DNA from: an uncultured beta proteobacterium
GTDB lineage: Bacteria; Pseudomonadota; Gammaproteobacteria; Burkholderiales; Gallionellaceae
NCBI GenBank assembly: GCA_963725835.1
Contig: CAVSAB010000007.1
Coordinates: 25,910-89,909, forward strand
Direction: 5' to 3'
DNA length: 64,000 nt
This document shows, one piece after another, positions 31,217 to 41,582 of the stretch (positions are counted from its first letter, which is position 1; the number at the start of each line of letters is the position of its first letter). Below the pieces are notes generated by a model. It was not told the DNA's origin and searched no databases. It was given only the letters and a program-made list of their open reading frames with translations. The translations under genes were made by a program, and so were the position numbers.

Positions 31217-31900
31217 TCATGCACCTTTTGGTTCCTGCATTTGTTGCAAAACCTCCTTGAGCAAAGGGACCGTCGGCGCGCGGTGCAAGCGCAGCGAATG
31301 TTCGTCAAGCGCGTCCAGCGCCGCGAGCAAACTGGGCAGGTCGCGCCGCCCATGGCGCAATAAATACTGCGTTACTTCGGGCGGCAGCACAAAGCCGAGC
31401 GAGTTGGCATGCTTAACCAGCGCCTGGGCTTTTTCTTCGTCGCTCAGACCATGCACCTGATACACCAAACCCCATCCCAAACGGGTACGCAGATCGTCGC
31501 GCAGTTTCAGATGCAGCGGGGATTCCTTTCCGCTGACCAGCAACATGCCGCCGCTGTCGCGCATCTGGTTATAGAGATTGAACAACTCGATCTGCGCCGC
31601 ATCACCAAGTTCCTCCACATCATCCACTGCCACGACCGCCGCACTTTTCGGAACACTGCCATGCGCATAGACCGCATTCTGGGCTTGCTCCTGTGCGGCA
31701 TGCACGCAGGCTTGCAGCAGATGACTCTTGCCGCTGCCGGTTTCCCCCCACACATAAAAACTGCGCTCGCTGCTGCCAGCGCCGTTGTTGCCAGACAGGG
31801 CAAGGCGCAGCGCCGAGAGCAATTCCAGATTGCGACCCGCGACGAAATCATCCAGCGTCGGCTGGTTATCCGGAGAAATATCAAGCAGTAATTGGCTCAT
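31217..31900 (-). CDS. hda: DnaA regulatory inactivator Hda
   Basis: QLLL clamp motif, GETGSGKSHLL, VDDV, DLRTRLGWG; divergent from purM. Confidence 0.93.
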   Translation of the reverse strand: MSQLLLDISPDNQPTLDDFVAGRNLELLSALRLALSGNNGAGSSERSFYVWGETGSGKSHLLQACVHAAQEQAQNAVYAHGSVPKSAAVVAVDDVEELGDAAQIELFNLYNQMRDSGGMLLVSGKESPLHLKLRDDLRTRLGWGLVYQVHGLSDEEKAQALVKHANSLGFVLPPEVTQYLLRHGRRDLPSLLAALDALDEHSLRLHRAPTVPLLKEVLQQMQEPKGA

Positions 31901-32021
31901 GGTATTTGCTGCGCGCCACTCAAGGGATGCGGTGCCGCGCAATAACGCACAGCGGCTAAGCGGGACAGGGTCATTTCGGGTAAAATTCGCGTATATATCG
32001 TGCAGCACTTTATCCTGAAGA

Positions 32022-33101
32022 ATGCGAGAACTCAACTTGAATAACCCGACCGGCAATCCTCCATCTGTCAACAGCGGAAGCCTGACCTACAGAGATGCCG
32101 GTGTGGATATAGACGCGGGCGATCGCCTGGTCGAGAACATCAAACCTTTTGCCAAGCGCACGATGCGCCCGGAAGTGCTCAACGGTATCGGCGGCTTCGG
32201 CGCGCTGGTGGAGATCTCCAAAAAATACCGCGAACCGGTGCTGGTGTCCGGCACCGACGGCGTGGGCACCAAACTCAAACTGGCCTTCGAGCTGAATCGC
32301 CACGACACGGTCGGCATCGACCTGGTCGGCATGAGCGTCAACGACATCCTGGTGCAAGGCGCGGAGCCGCTGTTCTTCCTCGATTATTTCGCCTGCGGCA
32401 AACTGGATGTGGATGCCGCCACCGAGGTCATCAAGGGCATCGCGCTAGGTTGCGAACAGGCCGGTTGCGCGCTGATCGGCGGCGAAACCGCCGAGATGCC
32501 CGGCATGTATCCGGCCGGGGAATACGATCTCGCGGGCTTCGCGGTCGGCGTGGTGGAAAAAGCCGGCATTATCAGCGGAGCGAACATCAAGGCAGGCGAT
32601 GCGGTGATCGGTCTCGCCTCGAACGGCGCGCATTCAAACGGCTATTCGCTGGTGCGCAAGATCATCGATACCCGCAAGGTCGATCTCAAGCAAAGGCTCG
32701 ACGGCAAACCGCTGGCCGATCTGATCATGGCGCCGACGCGCATCTATGTGAAGCCGCTGCTGGCACTGATGAAAACGCTTACCGTCAAAGGCATGGCGCA
32801 TATCACCGGCGGCGGCCTGCTGGAGAATGTGCCGCGCGTGTTGCCGCAAAACGTCGTCGCGCAACTGGACGGCAAGGCGTGGCACACCCCGGCACTGTTC
32901 GACTGGCTGCGCGAGATGGGCAACGTCGCCCCGCAGGAGATGTATCGAACCTTCAACTGCGGCATCGGCATGGTGGTCGTTGTAGACAAGAAGGATGCGG
33001 CTGTGGCTGTTGCGCAACTCAATGCCGCAGGCGAGCGTGCAACGATCATCGGCGTGATACGCAGCCGCCAAGGTGCCGAGGCACAGACGCAAGTCGCCTG
33101 A
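32022..33101 (+). CDS. purM: Phosphoribosylformylglycinamidine cyclo-ligase
   Basis: [41 protein letters not shown]. Confidence 0.98.
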   Translation: MRELNLNNPTGNPPSVNSGSLTYRDAGVDIDAGDRLVENIKPFAKRTMRPEVLNGIGGFGALVEISKKYREPVLVSGTDGVGTKLKLAFELNRHDTVGIDLVGMSVNDILVQGAEPLFFLDYFACGKLDVDAATEVIKGIALGCEQAGCALIGGETAEMPGMYPAGEYDLAGFAVGVVEKAGIISGANIKAGDAVIGLASNGAHSNGYSLVRKIIDTRKVDLKQRLDGKPLADLIMAPTRIYVKPLLALMKTLTVKGMAHITGGGLLENVPRVLPQNVVAQLDGKAWHTPALFDWLREMGNVAPQEMYRTFNCGIGMVVVVDKKDAAVAVAQLNAAGERATIIGVIRSRQGAEAQTQVA

Positions 33102-33120
33102 TTTACGGCAAAGACCCACG

Positions 33121-33759
33121 ATGAAAAAACTGGTCATCCTGATCTCCGGTCGCGGCAGCAACATGCAAGCCCTGCTGGAAGCGAAGCTATCCTGCCGCAT
33201 CGCGGCGGTGATCAGCAATCGCGCTGATGCGGAAGGTCTGGGCATCGCCGAAGCGCATGGCATCCCAACCATCGTCGTCGACCATCGCAGCCATGCCGAT
33301 CGCGAAAGTTTCGATGCCGCTCTGGAGCGGGCTATCGATGCGTTTGAACCGGATGTCATTGCGCTCGCCGGCTTCATGCGCATCCTTGGCGCAGGTTTCG
33401 TGTCCCGTTATCGCGGCAGACTCGTCAACATCCACCCCTCGTTATTGCCTGCCTATGGAGGGCTCAACACCCACGCTCGGGCACTCAATGACGGGGTGAG
33501 GATCCATGGCTGCACGGTCCATTTCGTAACCACGGATCTGGACCATGGCCCGATCATCATCCAGGCCGCCGTGCCGGTGCTGGGTGACGACACCGAGCAA
33601 ACACTGGCGGCGCGCGTGTTGCACGAAGAGCATCGCATCTATCCCCAGGCCATACGCTGGCTCTGCATCGGATACATCAAGCTGGATGAGAATGGGAAGA
33701 TCCGGTTCGGCCGCCTGGAGCAGCCCGCCCCGACCCTGATCTCACCGGCGCTGGATTGA
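33121..33759 (+). CDS. purN: Phosphoribosylglycinamide formyltransferase
   Basis: ISGRGSNM, LAGFMRIL, NIHPSLLP, GCTVHFV..DLDHGP. Confidence 0.97.
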   Translation: MKKLVILISGRGSNMQALLEAKLSCRIAAVISNRADAEGLGIAEAHGIPTIVVDHRSHADRESFDAALERAIDAFEPDVIALAGFMRILGAGFVSRYRGRLVNIHPSLLPAYGGLNTHARALNDGVRIHGCTVHFVTTDLDHGPIIIQAAVPVLGDDTEQTLAARVLHEEHRIYPQAIRWLCIGYIKLDENGKIRFGRLEQPAPTLISPALD

Positions 33760-34463
33760 ACATGAGAAGCCTGCTGGTCATGCTTGCGTCAATGTGCTTC
33801 GTATCACCTTTATATGCTGCGCCGCCGGGCATCATTCATGCGCATTACGATCTGTACTATGGAAGCATCAGGGGCGCCACGGTCGACGAGACATACACCC
33901 TGAAACAGGATCATTACACGATCGAGAGTATCAGCCAGGCTATCGGCCTGGTTGCGGTGTTCAAGCCGGAAAACATCCGTGTCACCAGTGAAGGCAAGCT
34001 GACCAGTCACGGCCTGCAACCACTCGCATTTGCCAGTACGCGCAAGCTGGATTCCGATCGCAACACGCGCGCCGATTTTGACTGGACGCACCAGCAAATC
34101 ACGCTGACCAACCGCACCGGAAAGCACACCCTGCCGCTCCCGCCCGATACGCAGGACCGGCTCAGCGCGATGTACCAGTTCATGTTCCTGGCGCTGGCGA
34201 AAACCGACAAGCTGGATTTCCATATGACCAATGGAGACAAGCTGGACATATACGATTACCTCCTCACGCATGACCAGAGCGTGACGATCCCGTTCGGCAC
34301 GTTCAAGGCACTCTATGTAACCAGCGTGCCCGAAGCAGGTTCGAACCGCACCGAAATCTGGCTGGCAACAGAGCACTCCAATTTTCCCTACAAGATGGTC
34401 ATCACCGACCAGGATGGCAACAGGATTTCCCAGGTACTGACCAAAATTGATTTCATACCGTGA
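33756..34463 (+). CDS. DUF3108 family protein
   Basis: SEG..GLQP, QDRLS..YQ, PFGTFKA, EIWLA. Confidence 0.8.
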   Translation: MNMRSLLVMLASMCFVSPLYAAPPGIIHAHYDLYYGSIRGATVDETYTLKQDHYTIESISQAIGLVAVFKPENIRVTSEGKLTSHGLQPLAFASTRKLDSDRNTRADFDWTHQQITLTNRTGKHTLPLPPDTQDRLSAMYQFMFLALAKTDKLDFHMTNGDKLDIYDYLLTHDQSVTIPFGTFKALYVTSVPEAGSNRTEIWLATEHSNFPYKMVITDQDGNRISQVLTKIDFIP

Positions 34464-35398
34464 TCGCAGCTTTCCGCACTCCCGCCCGCCGCATTGCCCT
34501 GGCGATCACACTCTCGGTGCTGATACATGCCGCTATCCTGTGGTCACCGTATATACAGTTGCCGCAAGCCAGGGTGGAATTGCCGCCGCTCTCCGTCAGG
34601 CTGGAACCGTTGCCCAAACCGGTCGAAACGATCGCCGCAAAACCGCAAGCCGGATATCCGCTGACCAAATCTGAAGACGGCGCATCGGCCAAGCCGAAAG
34701 CCAGCGCGATGGCCGCGATGGATAGAACGGAACAAACCACTGCGGCCCAGCCGTTTCCGAAGCACCTGCAGCTCACCTTTATCGTTTACAAGGGCGCGGA
34801 TGGATCCAGGATCGGCGAGATCCACCAGCAGCTGGATATCCAGGGAGGCCGGTATAACCTGAAGTCAGTTCGGCAAACTTCCGGTCTGGCCAGTCTGCGC
34901 AATAGCGACCGGCTAATCCAGACCAGCCGCGGCAGCTTAGTCGCAACCGGACTGCAACCGCAGGTATTCGAAGAGGAAAGAATCACCAAGGGCGGCAAGC
35001 AAAGCATGCAAGCCACATTTGACCGGGCAACTCAAAAACTGAGGTTCTCGCAAGGCGGCGAAACCGCGCTGCCTGCAGACGCACAGGATGTGCTGAGCTT
35101 TTTGTACCAGCTCTCGCAAATTCGGATGAACGGAGAATTTTTTCCGCTCCCGGTCAGCGACGGCACGCAACTGCAGCAATATCAGATCGAGATCGGCGCA
35201 AAAGAAGAGGTCGACACCCCGATGGGAAAATTGAGCACATTGCACTTGCGCAAGATGCATGCCCGCGGAGAAGAATATTTTGAAATCTGGCTGGGGCTGG
35301 AATACCGCCTGCTGCCGGTGAAATTCCGCCTGGTTGATGGGTCGGATAACGTGACCGAGGAGCTTGTCATTTCCGGCATCCGCGCTGCAGATGAATAA
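34460..35398 (+). CDS. DUF3108 family protein with N-terminal anchor and Pro-rich linker
   Basis: SVLIHAAIL anchor; GLQP, QDVLSFLYQL, TPMG, EIWLG...LPVK. Confidence 0.8.
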   Translation: MIAAFRTPARRIALAITLSVLIHAAILWSPYIQLPQARVELPPLSVRLEPLPKPVETIAAKPQAGYPLTKSEDGASAKPKASAMAAMDRTEQTTAAQPFPKHLQLTFIVYKGADGSRIGEIHQQLDIQGGRYNLKSVRQTSGLASLRNSDRLIQTSRGSLVATGLQPQVFEEERITKGGKQSMQATFDRATQKLRFSQGGETALPADAQDVLSFLYQLSQIRMNGEFFPLPVSDGTQLQQYQIEIGAKEEVDTPMGKLSTLHLRKMHARGEEYFEIWLGLEYRLLPVKFRLVDGSDNVTEELVISGIRAADE

Positions 35399-35487
35399 GC
35401 ATCCCTGCGCGCTGTTTCATCACGGGTCGGATATCGACCCGACAACCCTGCTAAACTTTGTATCCGAATTTGTATAGTCAACCCTCC

Positions 35488-36900
35488 ATGCTGATCACCG
35501 AATATCGACTAGAAATTGTCATCCAGGCACTGCGTGCGATCCTGCCGCTGGCACATCCCGCCGATACCACACTGCGTTATTTTTTCAAGAACGAACGCAT
35601 CGGCTCCAATGAACGCGAACTGGTCGCCGAGACCGTGTTCGGCGTGTTGCGCCACCGCCTGCTGCTCGAGCACGCTTGCGCTGGCAACGCCGCATCCCGC
35701 GAAACGTTACCGGCTCAGCCGGCCGCTTGCGGGAGCGGGTGCGAGGCGGCTTTCCCCGCAGCGGAAGGGTCGCCGCAACGCGGCGGGGAACCCACCGGCG
35801 TACTCCTTGCGGGTGCGCCGGATGCTTCGCAACACCGTGTCCAAGCCGCTACCCCACGCCGTTTGGCACTCGCCTGGCTGTTCAGATTCGGCGGCTACAA
35901 CCTGCGCGAACTCGAACCGGTGTTGAAACGCGACGAAAAAGAATGGCTCTCAACCGTAAAGGGCGTGAATGTCGCGGATCTGCCGTTGTCGGTGCAAGCC
36001 GAGTTTCCGGATTGGCTGGTGGACAAGATGCGATCGTCCTATTCCGATGCCGACATCCTCACGATCGGCAAGTCCATGCAGCAAGCCGCGCCGCTGGATA
36101 TCCGCGTCAACACCCTGCTGGCAAAACGCGACGACGTGTTGCGGCAGTTGCACGAGAAGAATATCGAGGCCACAGCCACACCTTACTCGCCCACCGGCAT
36201 CCGCCTCAGGGAAAAGATACCGTTGAACAAGGATGCGCTGTACACAGAGGGCAAGATTGAAGTGCAGGACGAGGGCAGCCAGTTGCTTGGTTTCCTGCTC
36301 GCGCCGAAACGCAACGACATGGTGGTGGATTTCTGCGCAGGCGCCGGCGGCAAGACGCTGATGTTGTCCGCAATGATGAATTCACAGGGACGCTTGTACG
36401 CGATGGATGTTTCCGAAAAGCGTCTCGCCAATCTCAAGCCGCGCCTGAAGCGTTCGGGCGCCAGCAACATCCAGCCGATGTTGATCGCCCACGAGAACGA
36501 CCTCAAGGTAAAACGCCTGGCCGGCAAGATCGACCGCGTGCTGGTGGATGCGCCGTGCAGCGGCCTGGGCACGTTGCGGCGCAGCCCGGATCTGAAATTC
36601 CGCCAGTCCCCCGAAAGTATCGAGGAGTTCACCCGCCGGCAAGCCGCGATCCTCGCCTCCGCCAGTCGTCTGCTGAAAAAAGCCGGCCGTCTGGTTTATG
36701 CGACATGCAGCATACTTCCGGAGGAAAATCAGCATGTCGTTGAAGCTTTCCTCGCCGGACATTCCGATTTTAAACTGCGGCCGGCCGGCGAAGTACTGAG
36801 ACAACAGAAGATCCCGCTGGAAGCACTTGATTACTTGGAATTGCGCCCCCACCTGCATGACACAGATGGGTTTTTTGCGGCGGTACTGGAACGGATTTAG
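35488..36900 (+). CDS. RsmB/NOP family RNA m5C methyltransferase with ~52-aa repeat-derived insertion
   Basis: QDEGSQ, DFCAGAGGKT, LVDAPCSG, YATCS..EEN, DGFFAA. Confidence 0.92.
   Translation: MLITEYRLEIVIQALRAILPLAHPADTTLRYFFKNERIGSNERELVAETVFGVLRHRLLLEHACAGNAASRETLPAQPAACGSGCEAAFPAAEGSPQRGGEPTGVLLAGAPDASQHRVQAATPRRLALAWLFRFGGYNLRELEPVLKRDEKEWLSTVKGVNVADLPLSVQAEFPDWLVDKMRSSYSDADILTIGKSMQQAAPLDIRVNTLLAKRDDVLRQLHEKNIEATATPYSPTGIRLREKIPLNKDALYTEGKIEVQDEGSQLLGFLLAPKRNDMVVDFCAGAGGKTLMLSAMMNSQGRLYAMDVSEKRLANLKPRLKRSGASNIQPMLIAHENDLKVKRLAGKIDRVLVDAPCSGLGTLRRSPDLKFRQSPESIEEFTRRQAAILASASRLLKKAGRLVYATCSILPEENQHVVEAFLAGHSDFKLRPAGEVLRQQKIPLEALDYLELRPHLHDTDGFFAAVLERI
35686..35850. repeat. Palindromic repeat element (copy 2), in-frame inside the RsmB-like gene
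   Basis: 35755-35816 matches 496-557; encodes NAASRETLPAQPAACGSGCEAAFPAAEGSPQRGGEPTGVLLAGAPDASQHRV. Confidence 0.8.
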
Positions 36901-36970
36901 TCACCTGCTACTTGCGTTATTCTGTAAAATAGCCATTTATCAACGTTTTAAATTGCAATCAGGAGTTAGC

Positions 36971-38143
36971 ATGTTTTCAGGTTTACTGGATCTACCGTGG
37001 TGGGGTTATGTGCTCACCACTCTGGCACTTACCCACATCACCATCGCATCGGTAACCATTTATTTACACCGCCACCAGGCACATCACGCGCTGGAGTTGC
37101 ATCCGGTTGCCAGTCATTTCTTCCGCTTCTGGTTATGGTTGACCACCGGCACGATAACCAAGGAATGGGCGGCCATCCACCGCAAACACCACGCCAAATG
37201 CGAAACCGCAGAAGACCCGCACAGCCCGCTGATAGTGGGCATCAAAAAGGTTTTGCTGGAAGGTGCGGAACTGTATCGCAAGGAAGCCAAAAACCATGAG
37301 ACGCTGGAAAAATACGGCCGCGGCACGCCGGACGACTGGCTGGAGCGCAACCTGTACGCCAGACACAGCTTGCTGGGCATCACGCTGATGCTGGCCATAG
37401 ACGTGCTGCTTTTCGGTCCTATCGGCATCACCGTCTGGGCGGTGCAAATGATCTGGATACCGGTCACGGCGGCGGGCATCATCAATGGCGCCGGTCATTA
37501 CTGGGGCTATCGCAATTACCAGCCCGCCGATGCATCCACCAACATCGTGCCATGGGGCATCCTGATCGGTGGCGAAGAATTGCACAACAACCACCATGCC
37601 CATATCGGCTCAGCCAAGCTTTCCAGCAAATGGTATGAGTTCGATATCGGCTGGTTGTACATCCGCAGCTTGGCCGCTCTGGGGTTGGCCAAGATCAAAA
37701 GGGTCGCGCCTAAAGTGCGCCTGAATACCGCCAAAACGGTATGCGATATCGATACATTGCACTCGGTGATGGCGAACCGGTATGAAGTCATGGCCAAATA
37801 TGCCAAATCATTGAAGGCCACTTATCGCGAGGAAATCGCCCAGATCAAACAGCGCATGCCCGACCTTGGCAAAGTCGACCTCAAGCGCGTCAAGCGCTGG
37901 CTGCATGCCGATGCAACCGTCTTGAGCGAGCAGGAAAAATTGAAATTGGGTCTGGTCATTCAGACCAGCCGCAAGCTGGACATCGCCTATTCGCTGCGCC
38001 AGGACCTCATCGCGATCTGGCAGCGCTCCACGGCGACCAAGGAACAGATGGCAAAAGACCTGGAAGACTGGTGCCGCCGCGCCGAAACCTCGGGCATCGA
38101 AGCATTGCAGAAATTTTCCCGGCATCTGCGTTATTACGCATAA
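36971..38143 (+). CDS. desA: DesA-type delta-9 fatty acid desaturase
   Basis: His boxes HRHQAH, HRKHH, HNNHH; AGGAG RBS before ATG 36971. Confidence 0.92.
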   Translation: MFSGLLDLPWWGYVLTTLALTHITIASVTIYLHRHQAHHALELHPVASHFFRFWLWLTTGTITKEWAAIHRKHHAKCETAEDPHSPLIVGIKKVLLEGAELYRKEAKNHETLEKYGRGTPDDWLERNLYARHSLLGITLMLAIDVLLFGPIGITVWAVQMIWIPVTAAGIINGAGHYWGYRNYQPADASTNIVPWGILIGGEELHNNHHAHIGSAKLSSKWYEFDIGWLYIRSLAALGLAKIKRVAPKVRLNTAKTVCDIDTLHSVMANRYEVMAKYAKSLKATYREEIAQIKQRMPDLGKVDLKRVKRWLHADATVLSEQEKLKLGLVIQTSRKLDIAYSLRQDLIAIWQRSTATKEQMAKDLEDWCRRAETSGIEALQKFSRHLRYYA

Positions 38144-38175
38144 ACAGCCAAATCATTCCGCAGCGATCACGAATG

Positions 38176-38206
38176 GCCGGTTGTGCGAACAACCGGCTTT
38201 TTCTTT
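38176..38206 (+). terminator. Intrinsic terminator after desaturase
   Basis: GCCGGTTGT-GCGA-ACAACCGGC-TTTTT. Confidence 0.8.
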
Positions 38207-38228
38207 GCGCTGATATGTGAATGGATCA

Positions 38229-38510
38229 TCAATTGCTCTGGAAATAGGCTATGATCGCCTGGCGTTCAGCCGCATCCGGCATCCTCCTGTGGGCTGATTC
38301 CATGTAGTTTTCCATTCGCGACACCACGTATGGCCATGCGGCGGGCGGATGCTGGTCCGAAAATGGCAACGTGTGGCATTGCGAACAATATGTTTTTGCC
38401 ACTTGGTATCCCGGCTTGGCTCTATCCATTGCCTCGCGCTGGGCTGCACTCTGTTTGCCGCAGCCTCCAAGAAGCAAGGCTAAAAATATCATCACGATCG
38501 TAACTCTCAT
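38229..38510 (-). CDS. Small monoheme cytochrome c lipoprotein
   Basis: Lipobox LGGC, YCSQCH, WPYVVSRM. Confidence 0.8.
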   Translation of the reverse strand: MRVTIVMIFLALLLGGCGKQSAAQREAMDRAKPGYQVAKTYCSQCHTLPFSDQHPPAAWPYVVSRMENYMESAHRRMPDAAERQAIIAYFQSN

Positions 38511-38522
38511 TTCCAATTCCTC

Positions 38523-38560
38523 CCAATGGTATTCCCCAACGGTATTCCCCAACGGTATTC
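38523..38560. repeat. 13-bp tandem repeat (~3 copies)
   Basis: CCAATGGTATTCC CCAACGGTATTCC CCAACGGTATTC. Confidence 0.75.
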
Positions 38561-38863
38561 TTTGACCCATGGAATTGTAGCAGCTGTGCCAAACTCGGAT
38601 ATCCGCACATTTTGAAGGGAAATCTTGCCTCGCCACGGCTTCCAACTATCGATTTTGACTTCTCTCGGCTACACTGATACAAACGCCGCGGACCAGACTT
38701 GAGCTGGAAGGAAGTCGTGCGCTCGATCATGAGCTTGGCCGATTCACAACCGGGACCTTGCGGTTATGATGGAATCTGCTTTTGTTCTATCGCAAAATGA
38801 GGATATCGCGATCTGCCAACATAGTCTGGTCCGGCCTTAAATTTTCCTGGAGAAAAATGTATC

Positions 38864-38977
38864 GTGAAAGAAAAAATGGTAGTGATCGTTTCGGTTTTCA
38901 TATTCGTATTGATCGTGATTCTGGCCGGAATATCCAGCGATTGGGGCATATCGCTGTTGACTCGTATCTTTAAATAG
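38864..38977 (+). CDS. Putative 37-aa single-TM small protein
   Basis: GTG start: KEKMVVIVSVFIFVLIVILAGISSDWGISLLTRIFK*; GGAGA upstream; too short for the ORF track. Confidence 0.4.
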   Translation: MKEKMVVIVSVFIFVLIVILAGISSDWGISLLTRIFK

Positions 38978-39122
38978 AAAGTCGGTGCAAACTATCGTTG
39001 CATGCCAAATGCGAACATAAGCGTCTAGTTTTAAACCGCAGCGCCGGCAAACTGACAATCGCACGAGTCGTTTTGAAAATCTGGGGAAGGGGAGGGATTT
39101 TGAAGATTCCGGGAAGAAACAT

Positions 39123-39671
39123 ATGCTGATCATAATAATAATCGCCGTCGTGCTGATTGCAGCCGTGTTGATCTTCGCCGCGGCCAGGCCCGACACTTTC
39201 CGCATCCAGCGCAGGGCAAGCATCACAACCCCTCCGGATAAGGTGTTCGCACTCATCAACGATTTCCACAATTGGGGCAAGTGGTCGCCCTGGGAGAACA
39301 TGGATCCTGAAATGAAGAGAACGCACAGCGGCGCAACCGCGGGCAAGGGCGCTATCTATGAGTGGGCAGGCAATAAAAAAGTCGGCAAGGGACGCATGGA
39401 GATCATCGAATCATCACCCTCTTCCAGAATCATGATCCAGCTTGACTTCATCGAGCCGTTCGAAAGACACAACATGACTGAAATCACGCTGAAAGCCGAG
39501 CGCGATTCCACGAACATCACATGGGCCATGTACGGAGAAAGTCCCTACATCGCAAAGCTGATGGGTCTTTTTTTCAATATTGATAACATGATCGGCAAGG
39601 ATTTCGAAACAGGACTCTCCAACATGAAGGCTGCCGCCGAAAATCATTCAGTGGAAACCGCAGCCGCCTGA
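39123..39671 (+). CDS. SRPBCC (polyketide cyclase-like) protein
   Basis: F.IQR..I..PPDKVF, WSPW, G.GAIYEW.GN, IGKDFETGL. Confidence 0.88.
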   Translation: MLIIIIIAVVLIAAVLIFAAARPDTFRIQRRASITTPPDKVFALINDFHNWGKWSPWENMDPEMKRTHSGATAGKGAIYEWAGNKKVGKGRMEIIESSPSSRIMIQLDFIEPFERHNMTEITLKAERDSTNITWAMYGESPYIAKLMGLFFNIDNMIGKDFETGLSNMKAAAENHSVETAAA

Positions 39672-39698
39672 TGTCCTTAACCAAACGGAGGAAACACC

Positions 39699-40112
39699 AT
39701 GCAAGTCCAACCCTACCTGTATTTCGAAGGACGTTGCGAGGAAGCGATCGAGTTTTACCGTGAAGCGCTTTCCGCAGAGCTGACGATGATGATGCGCTAC
39801 AAGGACAGCCCTGAACCTCCTCAGCCCGGCGTGGTTCCGCCCGGTGCGGAAAACAAGGTGATGCATTCGAGTTTCCGGATCGGCGATACCACGGTGATGG
39901 CGTCCGATGGTTTGTGTCTCGGGAAACCCGACTTCAGGGGCATATCGCTGGCGCTGACGGTTACCAGCGATAAAGATGCCGAGAAGATGTTCGCCGCCCT
40001 GAGCATCGGCGGACAGGTACAGATGCCATTGACCAAAACCTTTTTCTCGTCGCGATTCGGTATGGTCGCCGACCGTTTCGGCGTATCGTGGATGATCATC
40101 GTGACGCCTTGA
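39699..40112 (+). CDS. VOC/PhnB family protein
   Basis: PYLYFEGRCEEAIEFY, VMH, MASDG, FGMVADRFGVSWM. Confidence 0.9.
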   Translation: MQVQPYLYFEGRCEEAIEFYREALSAELTMMMRYKDSPEPPQPGVVPPGAENKVMHSSFRIGDTTVMASDGLCLGKPDFRGISLALTVTSDKDAEKMFAALSIGGQVQMPLTKTFFSSRFGMVADRFGVSWMIIVTP

Positions 40113-40157
40113 TGCCAAACCGATATCGCCACCCGACCGCATCAAAGGAGATATGCC

Positions 40158-40655
40158 ATGAATGAAAAAAACAGGGAGTTCGTCATCTCGCGCGAGTTCA
40201 GCGCGGGGCGTGATTTCATGTTCAAGGTATGGACCGATCCGGAACACATGCAGGGCTGGTGGGGACCGAAAGATTTCAGGGTCACCTACAGCAGAATGGA
40301 TTTCCGTCCAGGCGGCAGCTATCACTATTGCATGCGGTCTCCCGACGGGCACGACATGTGGGGGAAGTTCGTCTATCGCGAAATCGTCAAGCCAGAGCGT
40401 ATCGTTTTCGTGAATTCATTTTCCGATGAGAAGGGGGGATTGACCCGGCACCCGATGAGCCCGGCTTGGCCGCTGGAAATGCTGAGCACGATCATTTTCG
40501 CCGGCCATTTGGGCAAAACGACGGTTACCGTGCGCTGGGCGCCGCTGAATGCGACGGAGGAAGAACGCAGGACTTTCGAGGACGGATTCGAATCGATGCA
40601 AAAGGGATGGGGCGGGACGATGGACCAGCTCGCCGAATATCTGACCAATCTTTGA
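40158..40655 (+). CDS. SRPBCC/AHSA1 family protein
   Basis: WTDPEH..WWGP, DFRPGG, YREIVKPERIVF, GWGGT.DQL. Confidence 0.9.
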   Translation: MNEKNREFVISREFSAGRDFMFKVWTDPEHMQGWWGPKDFRVTYSRMDFRPGGSYHYCMRSPDGHDMWGKFVYREIVKPERIVFVNSFSDEKGGLTRHPMSPAWPLEMLSTIIFAGHLGKTTVTVRWAPLNATEEERRTFEDGFESMQKGWGGTMDQLAEYLTNL

Positions 40656-40674
40656 GACATCCCGCCGGCAAAGT

Positions 40675-40706
40675 AAAAAAAAGGCCGTCGCTCAGACGGC
40701 CTTTTT
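40675..40706. terminator. Bidirectional intrinsic terminator
   Basis: AAAAAAAAGGCCGTC-GCTCA-GACGGCCTTTTT between convergent genes. Confidence 0.85.
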
Positions 40707-40729
40707 GCTGGCATCTTTCCGAACCAGAT

Positions 40730-41185
40730 CTAGAACGGTATATCGTCGTCGAAATTATCGAAGCTGCTCTTGCCCGCGGGCGTTGCCTTGGCCGGCGCCG
40801 CGCCGCCGGATGCCGCTGGTTTGTTCTCCACCACTTCAAAACTGCCGCTGCCGGACGACTTCCCGCCCAGCATGGTCATCTCGTTGACCACGATTTCGGT
40901 GGTGTAGCGGTCCTTGCCTTCCTTGTCCTGCCATTTGCGCGTCTGCAGCTTTCCTTCGACGTAGATCTGCGAACCCTTCTTCAGATACTCGCCGGCGATC
41001 TCGGCCAGGCGGCGGTAGAACACCAGGTTATGCCATTCGGTCTTTTCCTGCTTTTCGCCGCTCTTGTCCTTCCAGTTTTCCGAAGTCGCCAGCGTGCAGT
41101 TGGTCACCGCTTCGCCACTGGTCATGTAACGGGTCTCGGGGTCTTTGCCCAGACGGCCTACCAGTATCACCTTGTTCACCGACAT
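40730..41185 (-). CDS. ssb: Single-stranded DNA-binding protein
   Basis: [21 protein letters not shown]-terminal DDDIPF. Confidence 0.98.
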   Translation of the reverse strand: MSVNKVILVGRLGKDPETRYMTSGEAVTNCTLATSENWKDKSGEKQEKTEWHNLVFYRRLAEIAGEYLKKGSQIYVEGKLQTRKWQDKEGKDRYTTEIVVNEMTMLGGKSSGSGSFEVVENKPAASGGAAPAKATPAGKSSFDNFDDDIPF

Positions 41186-41582
41186 GTCATGCTCCTTTCA
41201 ATACTGTGAATGGACAATTTTATGAATCACTGGGCAATTAAGCTTGTCACTGATCAATTATTTTCGCACTACGCAACTATACAATTCAACTAATTAAAAA
41301 ATTCATGCACACACGTGCCATTAAATTGAAAAACGAATCTGTTAGGCCAAAATAAAAAACTTGTCTCCTACCACTCACCATCTCGCTTTTCCTCTAACTT
41401 ATCGAATCAAAAAGCGTAGGCACTATTATACTTTCGATTAATCACTGTTTCTGTCTTATTTGCACACCTTTGCCGGTTATACAAATATCCCAACTGAAAT
41501 CATTACCATCGTGCAATTCATACTCTCCGCAGATCGCATACTGATCTTTCAATAATGAATGACCGCCGATCGAAGACTGCCC

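Noticed and set aside
38523-38560. Short repeats as a CRISPR array
   Set aside because: 13-bp tandem units without spacers, and no cas genes.
41244-41257. FNR-like TTGTC-N4-ATCAA upstream of ssb, and an SOS-like CTGT...ACA near 41204
   Set aside because: Two mismatches in an AT-rich tract; the SOS-like spacing is wrong.
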